Positions 18,770-28,141 of a DNA stretch of 64,000 bases are shown here, piece after piece. Where the stretch lies: the NCBI GenBank assembly GCA_033763455.1, contig JANRKO010000039.1, positions 64,001-128,000 on the forward strand, in the 5' to 3' direction. The first letter of the stretch is position 1. Each line of letters begins with the position of its first letter. The translations under genes and the position numbers were made by a program. The notes beneath the pieces were generated by a model. That model was given only the letters and a program-made list of their open reading frames with translations. It did not search any database and had not been told where the DNA came from. The DNA comes from Polyangiaceae bacterium. GTDB taxonomy: Bacteria > Myxococcota_A > Polyangia > Polyangiales > Polyangiaceae.

Positions 18770-19429
18770 TTATTGGCTCCTTTTAGCGGTGCGCGTGTAG
18801 GGCACCTTACCTATGGCAAGCTCGGCCGGGAGAGGCTCATCTTCTGATAGGTCCAGGCAGCGAAGGCCTTCCGCCGTTTTCTGATAGCGCAAGCCACTCT
18901 CCGAACAGACCATGACGCCGTTCGCGTCGGGGTTCTTGAGTGGCTGCGCGTGGCGGCTCATGTAACCCACCAGACGGGCTGGCACTCCGCGTACAAAGCC
19001 GTAATCCGGCACATCTTTGGTGACCACAGCTCCTGCGGCGATGAACGCGTAGCGCCCGATCGTGGTGCCGCACACGATGGTGGCATTCGCGCAGATAGTG
19101 GCACCCCGGCGAATCAAAGTCGTTTCGTACAGTGAATGGCGGAGCACTTGGGAGCGCGGGTTGGACACATTCGTAAACACAGAAGAGGGCCCCAAAAATA
19201 CGTCATCCTCAACCACGGTGCCCGTGTACAAGGAGACGTTGTTCTGGATCTTCACGTTGTTGCCCACCACGACACCGTTTGCGATAAATACGTTCTGGCC
19301 GAGGATACAATTTTGGCCGAGGCGGCTCTCGCTCATCACGTGGCAGAAGTGCCAAATCTTGGTGCCATCCCCGATCTCACAAGGTTGGTCGACGTAGGCG
19401 GACTCATGGACGAAGGGCGGCTTGCTCAT
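18770..19429 (-). CDS. Hexapeptide-repeat sugar N-acetyltransferase (WbpD/WlbB-like)
   Basis: KIWHFCH, LGQNV, KIQNNVS, FTNVSNPRS, GVPAR. Confidence 0.92.
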   Translation of the reverse strand: MSKPPFVHESAYVDQPCEIGDGTKIWHFCHVMSESRLGQNCILGQNVFIANGVVVGNNVKIQNNVSLYTGTVVEDDVFLGPSSVFTNVSNPRSQVLRHSLYETTLIRRGATICANATIVCGTTIGRYAFIAAGAVVTKDVPDYGFVRGVPARLVGYMSRHAQPLKNPDANGVMVCSESGLRYQKTAEGLRCLDLSEDEPLPAELAIGKVPYTRTAKRSQ

Positions 19430-19449
19430 GTGCTTTCCTCAGGCTCCTC

Positions 19450-20445
19450 TTAAGGCTCGAGCGGCATTTGAACGGGTTGGCCACCTGTCATCAAGCTTCG
19501 TTGCGCGGCCTGCAGCACGCGCAACACACGCAAACCGCTAGAGGCGTCCGTCAGGGGTTGCTCGCGAGTGCGGATTGCATCCACAAACGCCTGACATTCA
19601 AGACGCAACGGCTCATCCGCGGGGTAAGCGACAAGCGTTCCCTCACCTTTGATGGGCACGGGCTCACCTTGGCCCACGTCCACGCGCTGATCGTACACCA
19701 CCAACTCCCGCCTCACATCGTCGAAAACGGCCATTTTCTTGGAGCCGACAACAACGAGCTTCTGCTCTTTGAATGGATTCAACCAAGACACAAAGATGTG
19801 CCCCGCCACGCCACTGTCGAACTTAAGCTGCGTCACAGTGACATCGGCAACATTAGGCTGAAGGTAAGCGCCACCCGAAGCCATTACCTGAAAAGGCATC
19901 GAACCCACCAGGCGAAGTATGACAGCGATATCGTGGGGGGCGAACGACCACAAGATGTTCTCTTCTCGCCGCACTTTGCCGAGGTTCGTTCGATTGGAGT
20001 AAATATAGCGAAGCTCTCCGAGGTCACCGTTAGCTATCAGTGACCTGAGCGCTCCAAATGCGGGGTGGTACTCTAGAATGTGCCCCACCATGAGGATCGC
20101 GCCGCGCACCTTGGCGATCTCGGCTACTCGGGCAGCATCGCGATAACTAAGAGCAAGGGGCTTCTCGCACATCACGTCGCGACCCGCGAGCAGCGCCTGC
20201 TCAGAGAGCGCGGCGTGGGTCACCGCGGGTGTCGCAATAACAACACCACGAATCGCAGCATCCTCAAGCGCTTCCGAGAGGCTATTCACGATCTTGGCAT
20301 CAGGCGCAATCTGACGGGCTTGAGCCTGACCGCTCTCCGAAGGCTCCACCACTGTGCGGAGGCTGCCAAGGGCGGCGAAGTTCCGCACTAGGTTCTTGCC
20401 CCAGTAGCCCGAGCCAACGACGGCAATGTTCTGCTGATTTCCCAT
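19450..20445 (-). CDS. Gfo/Idh/MocA oxidoreductase (WbpB/WlbA-like)
   Basis: GSGYWG, EKP, MVGH, SFAPHD; first gene of the run with the acetyltransferase and aminotransferase. Confidence 0.88.
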   Translation of the reverse strand: MGNQQNIAVVGSGYWGKNLVRNFAALGSLRTVVEPSESGQAQARQIAPDAKIVNSLSEALEDAAIRGVVIATPAVTHAALSEQALLAGRDVMCEKPLALSYRDAARVAEIAKVRGAILMVGHILEYHPAFGALRSLIANGDLGELRYIYSNRTNLGKVRREENILWSFAPHDIAVILRLVGSMPFQVMASGGAYLQPNVADVTVTQLKFDSGVAGHIFVSWLNPFKEQKLVVVGSKKMAVFDDVRRELVVYDQRVDVGQGEPVPIKGEGTLVAYPADEPLRLECQAFVDAIRTREQPLTDASSGLRVLRVLQAAQRSLMTGGQPVQMPLEP

Positions 20446-20493
20446 GACTATCTGCCGGCATAGACCGTTTCTTGGATGTTGGCGAGGCCATCC

Positions 20494-20522
20494 TTGACCG
20501 CTGCTGGGGCGGTTTCTATAAC
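20494..20522 (+). promoter_or_regulatory. Sigma70-type promoter for the epimerase-amidotransferase operon
   Basis: TTGACC-17 nt-TATAAC, about 50 nt upstream of GTG 20575. Confidence 0.65.
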
Positions 20523-20574
20523 CCGCTTCCTCATTTTTCTTCTCTCAAGATCGCCGGGAATCGGCTAGGCGGAA

Positions 20575-21651
20575 GTGGTTCGAATCGTCACGGTAGTGGG
20601 TGCCCGCCCACAATTTATCAAGTGTGCGGCCGTGAGCGCTGCCCTCGGGCGCGTGGCGGAAGAGAAGATCGTGCACACGGGGCAACACTACGACCACAAC
20701 ATGAGCGCCGCGTTTTTTGCGGAACTCGGGATCCCTGCGCCCGCCGAACACCTGGGCGTCGGCTCCGCTCCGCATGGCCGCCAAACCGCAGAGATACTGC
20801 TTCGGCTGGAGCCGCTCTTAGAGCGCGAAAAGCCAGATGCGTTGCTCGTTTACGGTGACACCAACTCAACGCTGGCTGGCGCCCTGGCCGCAGCAAAGCT
20901 GCACATTCCGGTGGTTCATGTGGAAGCTGGGCTGCGCAGCTTTAACCGAAAAATGCCTGAGGAAGTCAATCGCGTCCTCACGGACCATGTATCGAGCGTG
21001 CTGTTGTGCCCAACGGAAACGGCCGTTGCGAATTTGCAGCGAGAGGGGATTTCAAAAGGGGTCTTTTTGGTGGGGGACGTGATGTACGACTCCGTGATGG
21101 AACACGCCGAGAGGGCGCGACAAGATTCACCTATTTTGAAGCACCTGGGCGTCGCACCCCAAGGGTACGCCCTAGCCACTGTGCATCGTGCGGAGAACAC
21201 CGATGACACCTCGAATTTTTTGCAGATCGTGCGAGCTCTTGAACGCATCGCGAAGGAGCTCCCTGTAATTCTGCCGCTGCATCCGCGCACTAAGAGCCTG
21301 GCCTCACGCCTTGGCGTCACGTTCGATCGCGTCCGAGTGGTCGAACCCGTAGGGTACCTTGACATGCTCGCGCTTCTCGCCGACGCACGGTTGGTGCTTA
21401 CGGACTCCGGCGGTGTTCAGAAGGAAGCCCACTGGCTTGGGGCTCGCTGCGTCACGCTGCGTGAGCAGACAGAATGGGTGGAAACGCTGGAAGGCGGCTG
21501 GAATGTGCTTACAGGAGCGAACGAGGAGGCGATCGTGCATGCAGCCTTGAAGCTCGAACCAAACAGGCCGCGTCACGCGAGCAATTTTGAACGCGGGGCG
21601 GCAACCCAAGCTACCGTACGGCATCTTTTGGCAGCCGGGGAGCTCGCATGA
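20575..21651 (+). CDS. wecB: Non-hydrolysing UDP-GlcNAc-type 2-epimerase (WecB/WbpI-like)
   Basis: GARPQFIK, HTGQHYD, YGDTNST, HVEAGLRS, TDSGGVQKEA. Confidence 0.92.
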   Translation: MVRIVTVVGARPQFIKCAAVSAALGRVAEEKIVHTGQHYDHNMSAAFFAELGIPAPAEHLGVGSAPHGRQTAEILLRLEPLLEREKPDALLVYGDTNSTLAGALAAAKLHIPVVHVEAGLRSFNRKMPEEVNRVLTDHVSSVLLCPTETAVANLQREGISKGVFLVGDVMYDSVMEHAERARQDSPILKHLGVAPQGYALATVHRAENTDDTSNFLQIVRALERIAKELPVILPLHPRTKSLASRLGVTFDRVRVVEPVGYLDMLALLADARLVLTDSGGVQKEAHWLGARCVTLREQTEWVETLEGGWNVLTGANEEAIVHAALKLEPNRPRHASNFERGAATQATVRHLLAAGELA

Positions 21652-21683
21652 GTTCAGCACCGATCGTCAAAGGGGTAACCTAG

Positions 21684-23603
21684 ATGTGCGGCATCGCTGG
21701 CATGTTGAGCCTAAATGGAGCGCCCATTCCGGATTTAGACCGGAAACTGCGCGTGATGAATCACCTCTTAGTGCATCGTGGTCCCGACGGCTCGGGAACT
21801 TGGCAGCACCCAAGAGGCCATCTTGGCTTTGCGCATCGGCGCCTAAGCATCATTGATGTCGCCGGCGGTGCTCAACCCATGCTCGCCCCAAGTGGCAGCG
21901 CCATCACGTACAACGGGGAAGTCTACAACTACCGCGAACTTCGAGCCGAGCTCGCCTCAGGCTTCAGCTTCAAAACACAGTCGGATACCGAAGCCATTTT
22001 GGCTGCACTACAGGCCTTTGGCCAGGATGCGCTCGGCCATCTTCGTGGAATGTTCGCGTTCGCCTACTGGGACGAGCAGAGCGCCACGCTTTATTGCGTG
22101 CGTGATCGATTTGGCATCAAGCCCCTCTATTACACGATTGTTAACGGCATTTTTTATTTCGCCTCCGAAGCCAAGGCCTTGCTTCCCTTCTTGGATTCGC
22201 TCGAAACGGATCTCGAAGCGCTCCAGGACTATCTGGCGTTTCAATTCTGTCTTTCGGGAAAGACGCTCTTTTCAGGGATTAGGGAGCTTCTGCCTGCGCA
22301 CGAGCTCGCTATCCGCGCCGGAAGCGTAACCAGCCGCCGATATTGGGAAGTTCAATACGAAGTCGATTTCGACCATACGCCTAAGTACTTTGTTGAACGC
22401 GTCTCCGAGCTTCTCAGGGATTCTGTTTCGATGCACATGAGGAGCGATGTGCCCGTGGGCGCCTACGTGAGTGGCGGCATCGACTCAAGTTTGGTTGCGA
22501 GCCTGGCATCGGTGGAGCCATCCGGCACGTTCCTGGGCTTCACAGGCCGCTTCGGTGAACCTGGCTACGACGAATCGCCGTACGCCCGGGATGTGGCCAA
22601 GAACCGTGGCTTTGAGCTCTTCGACGTTGAAATCAAGCTCTCCGATTTCACGCGTGACATCTCGGATGTCATCTACCACCTAGATTATCCGGTTGCCGGC
22701 CCCGGCTCCTTCCCTCAATTTGAGGTGTCTCGCCTCGCGAGCCAACAGCGGAAGGTGCTGCTCGGAGGCCAAGGCGGTGACGAAATTTTTGGCGGCTACG
22801 CTCGCTATTTGATCGCGTATTTCGAACAATGCATCAAAGGTGCGATTGACGGCAACCTGCGCGAAGGCAACTTCGTGGTGACCTACGAATCCATCATTCC
22901 CAATCTTGTAACACTCAAAGGTTACAAGCCCATGATCCAGTCTTTCTTTCAGAAGGGCCTCTTCGAACCGATGGATCAGCGTTACTTCCAACTGATCAAT
23001 CGCGCTACGGACCTGGGGGACGAGGTGCGCACAGCCGATTTGCCCCCATACTCTGCGTTTGAAAGCTTCCAGTCCGTATTCCACAGCAACAACGTCAAGA
23101 AGGAGTCCTATTTCGATTTGATGACTCATTTCGATTTCAAGACCCTCTTGCCGGCGCTGCTACAAGTTGAGGATCGCGTCAGCATGGCACATGGCCTCGA
23201 ATCACGAGTGCCGCTCTTGGATCACCCACTTATCGAATTCGCGGCGACGATCCCGGCTGACGTGAAGTTCAAAAATGGCGCCATGAAGCAAGTTTTGCGG
23301 CAGGTAGCTGCCAAAGAGCTTCCAACCTCGGTGCTTGAGCGAAAGGATAAAATGGGCTTCCCCGTCCCGCTCTCGGAGTGGCTCGCAGGTGAGCTCAACG
23401 GGTTCGTGAGAGATATCTTCCAGTCGAAGGCGGCCCAGCATCGGGCTGTCATCGATAACAAAAAGGTAGCCGCAAAGATTACCAGCGAGCCGCGCTACGG
23501 ACGAAAGATCTGGGGATTTTTATGCCTCGAACTCTGGCAGCAGCGCTTCCATGATCAGCACTGGCGTTTTAAGGAACTTCTAACCAAAGGAGAATTATCG
23601 TGA
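21684..23603 (+). CDS. asnB: Asparagine synthase-like glutamine amidotransferase (probable sugar amidation)
   Basis: N-terminal MCGIAG, HRGPD, NGEVYN, SGGIDSS, GQGGDEIFGGY; located inside the glycan locus. Confidence 0.9.
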   Translation: MCGIAGMLSLNGAPIPDLDRKLRVMNHLLVHRGPDGSGTWQHPRGHLGFAHRRLSIIDVAGGAQPMLAPSGSAITYNGEVYNYRELRAELASGFSFKTQSDTEAILAALQAFGQDALGHLRGMFAFAYWDEQSATLYCVRDRFGIKPLYYTIVNGIFYFASEAKALLPFLDSLETDLEALQDYLAFQFCLSGKTLFSGIRELLPAHELAIRAGSVTSRRYWEVQYEVDFDHTPKYFVERVSELLRDSVSMHMRSDVPVGAYVSGGIDSSLVASLASVEPSGTFLGFTGRFGEPGYDESPYARDVAKNRGFELFDVEIKLSDFTRDISDVIYHLDYPVAGPGSFPQFEVSRLASQQRKVLLGGQGGDEIFGGYARYLIAYFEQCIKGAIDGNLREGNFVVTYESIIPNLVTLKGYKPMIQSFFQKGLFEPMDQRYFQLINRATDLGDEVRTADLPPYSAFESFQSVFHSNNVKKESYFDLMTHFDFKTLLPALLQVEDRVSMAHGLESRVPLLDHPLIEFAATIPADVKFKNGAMKQVLRQVAAKELPTSVLERKDKMGFPVPLSEWLAGELNGFVRDIFQSKAAQHRAVIDNKKVAAKITSEPRYGRKIWGFLCLELWQQRFHDQHWRFKELLTKGELS

Positions 23604-24547
23604 AAGTTATCGTAACTGGGGGTTCGGGGTTTATTGGGTCGCACATCGTCGAGCGCCTGCTTCAAGCGGGCTCGGAAGTGGTGGTCATCGACAATTTTTC
23701 GACGGGCCGTCGGGATAATTTGGCCCCGCACGCAAAGCTGAAGGTTATCGAAGGTACCATTGCTGATCGCGATCTTGTGAACAAGATGTTCGCCGACTTC
23801 CAACCAGACCAGGTAGTGCATGCTGCGGCTGGCTACAAAGATCCTGACGACTGGTACGAAGATGCGATGACCAACGTGGTGGGAACTATCAATCTGGCCA
23901 AAGCCGCCTTGGCGCACAAGGTTCAGCGCTTCATCTATTTCCAAACGGCGTTGTGCTACGGCCTCCACCCCAAAGAGCAGCCCATCACCATCACTTATCC
24001 GCGCCACGCCGAGGGCTCCAGCTACGCTTTCAGCAAGACGGCTGGCGAAGAGTACATCGAGCTTTCTGGCCTCGATTTCCTTTCGTTTCGCCTCGCTAAT
24101 GCCTACGGCCCACGCAACTTGAGTGGCCCTTTGCCAACCTTCTACCAGCGCCTTACCGCGGGGAAGGCCTGCTTTGTGATGGATACGCGACGTGATTTTA
24201 TCTTCGTCGACGATGTGGTGGAGGTAGCCATCAGAGCCCTGAATGGCCAAGGCAAGAAGGGCCACTACCACATCAGCTCTGGTTCGGATTTTTCGATCAA
24301 GGAACTGTTCGACGCCACGCTGACGGCGTTGGACATCAAGCTCGATGCCCCCGTTGAGGTGCGCCCGCGCGGGGCAGACGACGCCTTCACCATCCTCCTC
24401 GATCCATCGAAAACCAACGCCGATTTTGGCTGGAAAGCCTCGACGCCTCTGACCGAAGGCGTAAAAAGAGCGATCGAATATTATCGCAAATTCGGCATCA
24501 CTCAATCTTACACACATCTCCGCATGCACGAGGATTCGAAGAAGTGA
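23600..24547 (+). CDS. Extended SDR nucleotide-sugar oxidoreductase (Bordetella WbmH/WbmG-like)
   Basis: TGGSGFIG, YKDPDDWY, FQTALCYG, YAFSK, GPLPTFYQRL match my recollection of WbmG/WbmH. Confidence 0.85.
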   Translation: MKVIVTGGSGFIGSHIVERLLQAGSEVVVIDNFSTGRRDNLAPHAKLKVIEGTIADRDLVNKMFADFQPDQVVHAAAGYKDPDDWYEDAMTNVVGTINLAKAALAHKVQRFIYFQTALCYGLHPKEQPITITYPRHAEGSSYAFSKTAGEEYIELSGLDFLSFRLANAYGPRNLSGPLPTFYQRLTAGKACFVMDTRRDFIFVDDVVEVAIRALNGQGKKGHYHISSGSDFSIKELFDATLTALDIKLDAPVEVRPRGADDAFTILLDPSKTNADFGWKASTPLTEGVKRAIEYYRKFGITQSYTHLRMHEDSKK

Positions 24548-25599
24548 GCTTATCTGTTTATTCGGGCAGCCGCGTGCTCGTGGTGGGGGGCGCGGGCTTC
24601 GTAGGGTCCAACCTTGTACGAAAGGTGCTCGGGCTCGGCGCGAAAGAGGTCGTCGTGGTAGACAACTTCCTTTCCTCTGAGCGGAGCAACCTGCCCGAGG
24701 CCACCGCGCTTCGGGTTGTCGAGGGTTCGATCGCAGATTCGAGCTTGCTTGAGAGTATCGGATCCATTTGGGATTACGTGTTTCACCTGGCCACCTACCA
24801 CGGGAACCAGAGCTCAATTGCTGATCCCATCGCCGACCACGACAACAACACCCTCACCACACTAAAGCTTTTCGATTTTCTGAAGCACAGCCGCGGGATC
24901 CGGAAGATTGTTTACGCTTCCGCCGGCTGCACGGTCGCCGAAAAGACGTACGAGCATGCCACGGCAACTACCGAAGATGCTCCGATCTCGCTCTACTACG
25001 ACAGCCCGTACCAGATCTCGAAAGTAGTGGGCGAAATGTACGCCAATTACTATCACGCTCGCCACGGCTTGCCTGTTGTGAAAGCGCGCTTTCAGAACGT
25101 CTACGGCCCCGGTGAGGTGCTCGGGGCCGGCAAGTGGCGCGGCACTCCTGCCACCGTCTGGCGCAACGTAACGCCCAGCTTTGTGTACCGCGCACTCAAA
25201 GGCATGCCCATCACGGTGGACAACGGCGGCCAAACAAGCCGTGACTTCATCTTTGTGGATGATATCGTTCGAGGCTTATTGCTCGGCGGGAGCACCTCGG
25301 AACCAGGAGCGGTGTTTAATCTGGCAAGTGGCGTGGAGACGACGATCTTGACGCTGGCCGAAACCATCCAGCGCCTAGCCGGTAGCCATTGTGAGATTAT
25401 CGGCGCGCCGAAGCGCGACTGGGACCGTTCGGGCAAACGCTTCGGGAGCACCGAGCAAGCGCAGAAAACGTTAGGGTTTTCAGCAGAGGTTGGGCTCGAG
25501 GCAGGGCTGAAAGCGACCATCGAGTGGACTCAGAGCAACCTCGAACGGATTGAAGCCTGCATTCAACGGCATTCGGCTCATATGGCCACCTCGGGATAG
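24544..25599 (+). CDS. Extended SDR nucleotide-sugar epimerase (Bordetella WbmF-like)
   Basis: HLATYHGNQSS, NNTLTTLKL, AGC, WRGTPATVWRNVTP and SGKRFGS, as I recall them from WbmF. Confidence 0.85.
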   Translation: MSLSVYSGSRVLVVGGAGFVGSNLVRKVLGLGAKEVVVVDNFLSSERSNLPEATALRVVEGSIADSSLLESIGSIWDYVFHLATYHGNQSSIADPIADHDNNTLTTLKLFDFLKHSRGIRKIVYASAGCTVAEKTYEHATATTEDAPISLYYDSPYQISKVVGEMYANYYHARHGLPVVKARFQNVYGPGEVLGAGKWRGTPATVWRNVTPSFVYRALKGMPITVDNGGQTSRDFIFVDDIVRGLLLGGSTSEPGAVFNLASGVETTILTLAETIQRLAGSHCEIIGAPKRDWDRSGKRFGSTEQAQKTLGFSAEVGLEAGLKATIEWTQSNLERIEACIQRHSAHMATSG

Positions 25600-25603
25600 C
25601 GGA

Positions 25604-26800
25604 ATGCCCAAAAAGCTCAGCGGGGCCCTCCGGGCCCTCGTGCTATCCGCGGACGGACCGGGCTGGCGACGCGTAGTTGGGGACACAGTGTTCGGAGGGC
25701 TTTTGGGGTTAACCTACGAACGTGTTCCCGCGCGCTTGCGGAGCACCTGGTTCGCCAGGAAGGTGTTGGCGCCGGAATACGCTAGGCTTGGCTATGTGTT
25801 AGATTGGCGCGATGCGATTCTGGCCGCGCCTGAGCTCGATTGTCATCTGATCAACGTTAGCGATCTCACTCGATCCCTCCCCGCACTGAAAGCCATTCGA
25901 AAATACGATTGCGTGATCGTTCTGCATTCCGCTTTCGGGGATTTCGTAGCCCTCCTTCAGCGCCTAGCACCCTTGTTTCAGGCGCGCCGCGGTCCGATGT
26001 TTGCGTTCGTTGGCAACGAATATGACCAAATGTCAGGTAAATTTGCCTTCTTGCGATCAGCCGGGGTCAACCTAGTGGGCTCCCAACTGCCGCTAGATGT
26101 GGCCCAGTGGTTGTACGCCCGTTGCTCAGCTTCCACGGTCATTGCGATGCCGCACGCACTCAATCCCGAGATGTACAACCCTCCGCCGAAGGAAAACCGC
26201 ACCATTGATGTTGGCTTCATTGGATCGCGTTATCCGCTATTCATTGGGGACACGGAGCGGAACCGCCTATTGAGCTACTTTGAAGAGCACGGGACGCGTC
26301 TCGGCCTGACGACGAGCATCAGCGCCACCACGCAAGATCGTGCAGGCTGGCTTCACTTTCTGCAGCACACTTGCGGCATCCTGGGCGCGGAAGCGGGCAC
26401 CTATTACCTGGATCAAGAAGGCGCGCTCATGCGCTCAGCCAAAGCTTATTGTGAGAGGTTTCCTGAGGCCACGCTTCAAGAGGTGGTAGCTGAGTGTTTC
26501 AGCGGCCAAATAGAGTATCGAAGTGGCAAGGCCATCTCCTCGCGCCACTTCGAACCGATCGGCGCAATGGCGTGTCAGCTGCTGTTAGAGGGGAGGTACA
26601 ACGGTATCCTGACCGCAGGCCAGCACTACATTGCCATTGATCGGGACCTGGGGAATGTGGATGAGGCCGTGCGCCAATTCCGAGATCTGGGCGTTCGCCG
26701 TCAGGTTGCCAGCCAGGCATATGCACACGTCATGGGGGCGCACACGTATCGGCACCGAGTGCAACACATGGTCCAGGCGCTCGACGCCCTCTCAAGTTAA
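25604..26800 (+). CDS. Glycosyltransferase (CgeB/Glyco_trans_1_2-like)
   Basis: IDVGFIG, ISSRHFE, C-terminal HTYRHRV; located in the glycan operon. Confidence 0.78.
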   Translation: MPKKLSGALRALVLSADGPGWRRVVGDTVFGGLLGLTYERVPARLRSTWFARKVLAPEYARLGYVLDWRDAILAAPELDCHLINVSDLTRSLPALKAIRKYDCVIVLHSAFGDFVALLQRLAPLFQARRGPMFAFVGNEYDQMSGKFAFLRSAGVNLVGSQLPLDVAQWLYARCSASTVIAMPHALNPEMYNPPPKENRTIDVGFIGSRYPLFIGDTERNRLLSYFEEHGTRLGLTTSISATTQDRAGWLHFLQHTCGILGAEAGTYYLDQEGALMRSAKAYCERFPEATLQEVVAECFSGQIEYRSGKAISSRHFEPIGAMACQLLLEGRYNGILTAGQHYIAIDRDLGNVDEAVRQFRDLGVRRQVASQAYAHVMGAHTYRHRVQHMVQALDALSS

Positions 26801-26832
26801 GGCCAGTCTTACCTCGGTGCCGGCTCACCGAT
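26693..26832. repeat. Diverged direct repeat, copy 1 (3' end of the glycosyltransferase gene plus downstream DNA)
   Basis: caggcatatgcacacgt...gacgccctc.caagttaag is shared with 27906-28044. Confidence 0.9.
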
Positions 26833-26844
26833 CGACATAGCCAC

Positions 26845-27732
26845 TCATTCTTTCTGCCAAACAAGCATCGCTCCGCGTGTTTCGAAGTCGGCCTGTGTGA
26901 AGTTCAGGCACCAGCCGCGGCGCGCTTGGTAGGGGTAGCCTGTACGGTCCAAGTTGGGCAGCATCCCTGCTAGACGGAAGCCAGATCTTTCTGCCAGGGC
27001 AACGTAATAGGAGAGGGGCCGGCGGTTCGTGAGGCAATATTTCCCACGCATGACGCGCCAGAGGGGAGCTGGGTAGAACCAGTGGCCATTCCAGCGCGTG
27101 GCTGTTTCGAGGCTCGAGAAGTCCACCTGGTGTGACATCCACCCGCCTTTAGTTAACAACCGATGAAATGCCTGGAAGTACCCCTCGAGGTCTTCAATAT
27201 GTTGGAGTGTGGCCTGGGAGAAGATCAGATCGAAATTGTTATCACCGTCGAAATCTTGAATTTTACCCACATGGTACCGAAGCCTGCGCTCCAGTTCGAC
27301 TGGTTCCACGCGGCGGGTGGGCTCGTGTTCGGGCAACGTGAGATCTTCCAAGTGGGGTCGTAGGTTTGGAAATTCCTCACGGCCGGGTAAAGCCTCCTTT
27401 CGCTCAAACATTGCAGATAGCTCGCCAAGCATCGCGATTTCGCTGCCATGATGCCCAACTGGATAGAGATCCAGCCCGTGGGCCTCCCGTGCCAAGGTGA
27501 GAAGAGCGCACACGCTGCTTCCGAGCGAATTGCCGGGCCCCAGCTCAAGCACCTTAGCGTTAGCCAGCGTGCAGCCCATTTCGCGCAAGGCGCTTAGGTG
27601 CCGCCCCCAGACGGCGTAGCAATAGCGCGGTTGTGCGGTGCTTCCGCCGCTCTTTCGAGGGCGCGGTACATGGGTGGAGAGACCCTTCACCACCGCCTGA
27701 AGTGCCCGGAGATCTACTGGTAACGGTTGCAT
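26845..27732 (-). CDS. Class I SAM-dependent methyltransferase
   Basis: VLELGPG, FDLIFSQATLQHI, LLTKGG.MSHQVD. Confidence 0.85.
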   Translation of the reverse strand: MQPLPVDLRALQAVVKGLSTHVPRPRKSGGSTAQPRYCYAVWGRHLSALREMGCTLANAKVLELGPGNSLGSSVCALLTLAREAHGLDLYPVGHHGSEIAMLGELSAMFERKEALPGREEFPNLRPHLEDLTLPEHEPTRRVEPVELERRLRYHVGKIQDFDGDNNFDLIFSQATLQHIEDLEGYFQAFHRLLTKGGWMSHQVDFSSLETATRWNGHWFYPAPLWRVMRGKYCLTNRRPLSYYVALAERSGFRLAGMLPNLDRTGYPYQARRGWCLNFTQADFETRGAMLVWQKE

Positions 27733-27905
27733 GGTGATTCGCACATAGCCTAGCCCCGTTCGACGCGTCCACTCCGAAGCGGTGTGCTTCGAACCACTTG
27801 GTGATTCTAGGCACTTGGGCGCCAAAGATATCGTTGGCACGGAGGAAGCGGACGTATTGCCTGACCGGAGCCGAAGTGTACGGCGCTGGCATCACCGAGC
27901 GTGCT

Positions 27906-28044
27906 GTTAGCTGCCAAATTGCCTGTCAGGCATATGCACACGTTATGGGTGCTTACACCTATCGGCATCAAGTAGAGCTGGTAGTCCAATCGCTGGACGC
28001 CCTCGCAAGTTAAGCCCGATCTTGCGTCGGCGCAGCCTCACGAT
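27906..28044 (+). pseudogene. Remnant 3' end of the glycosyltransferase gene (direct repeat, copy 2)
   Basis: QIACQAYAHVMGAYTYRHQVELVVQSLDALAS* versus QVASQAYAHVMGAHTYRHRVQHMVQALDALSS*. Confidence 0.88.
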
Positions 28045-28141
28045 TAGGGTCTGAAGCCATGCGTATCAAGCCGCCGTTGAGCGCCGTGAAGTCGAATGCT
28101 CATGCCCTCGTCTTTTGATTGAGAGCGAATTGGCAGCACCT

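Noticed and set aside
23555..24817. 420-aa minus-strand ORF
   Set aside because: Antisense shadow of two clear SDR genes; such ORFs are common in GC-rich DNA
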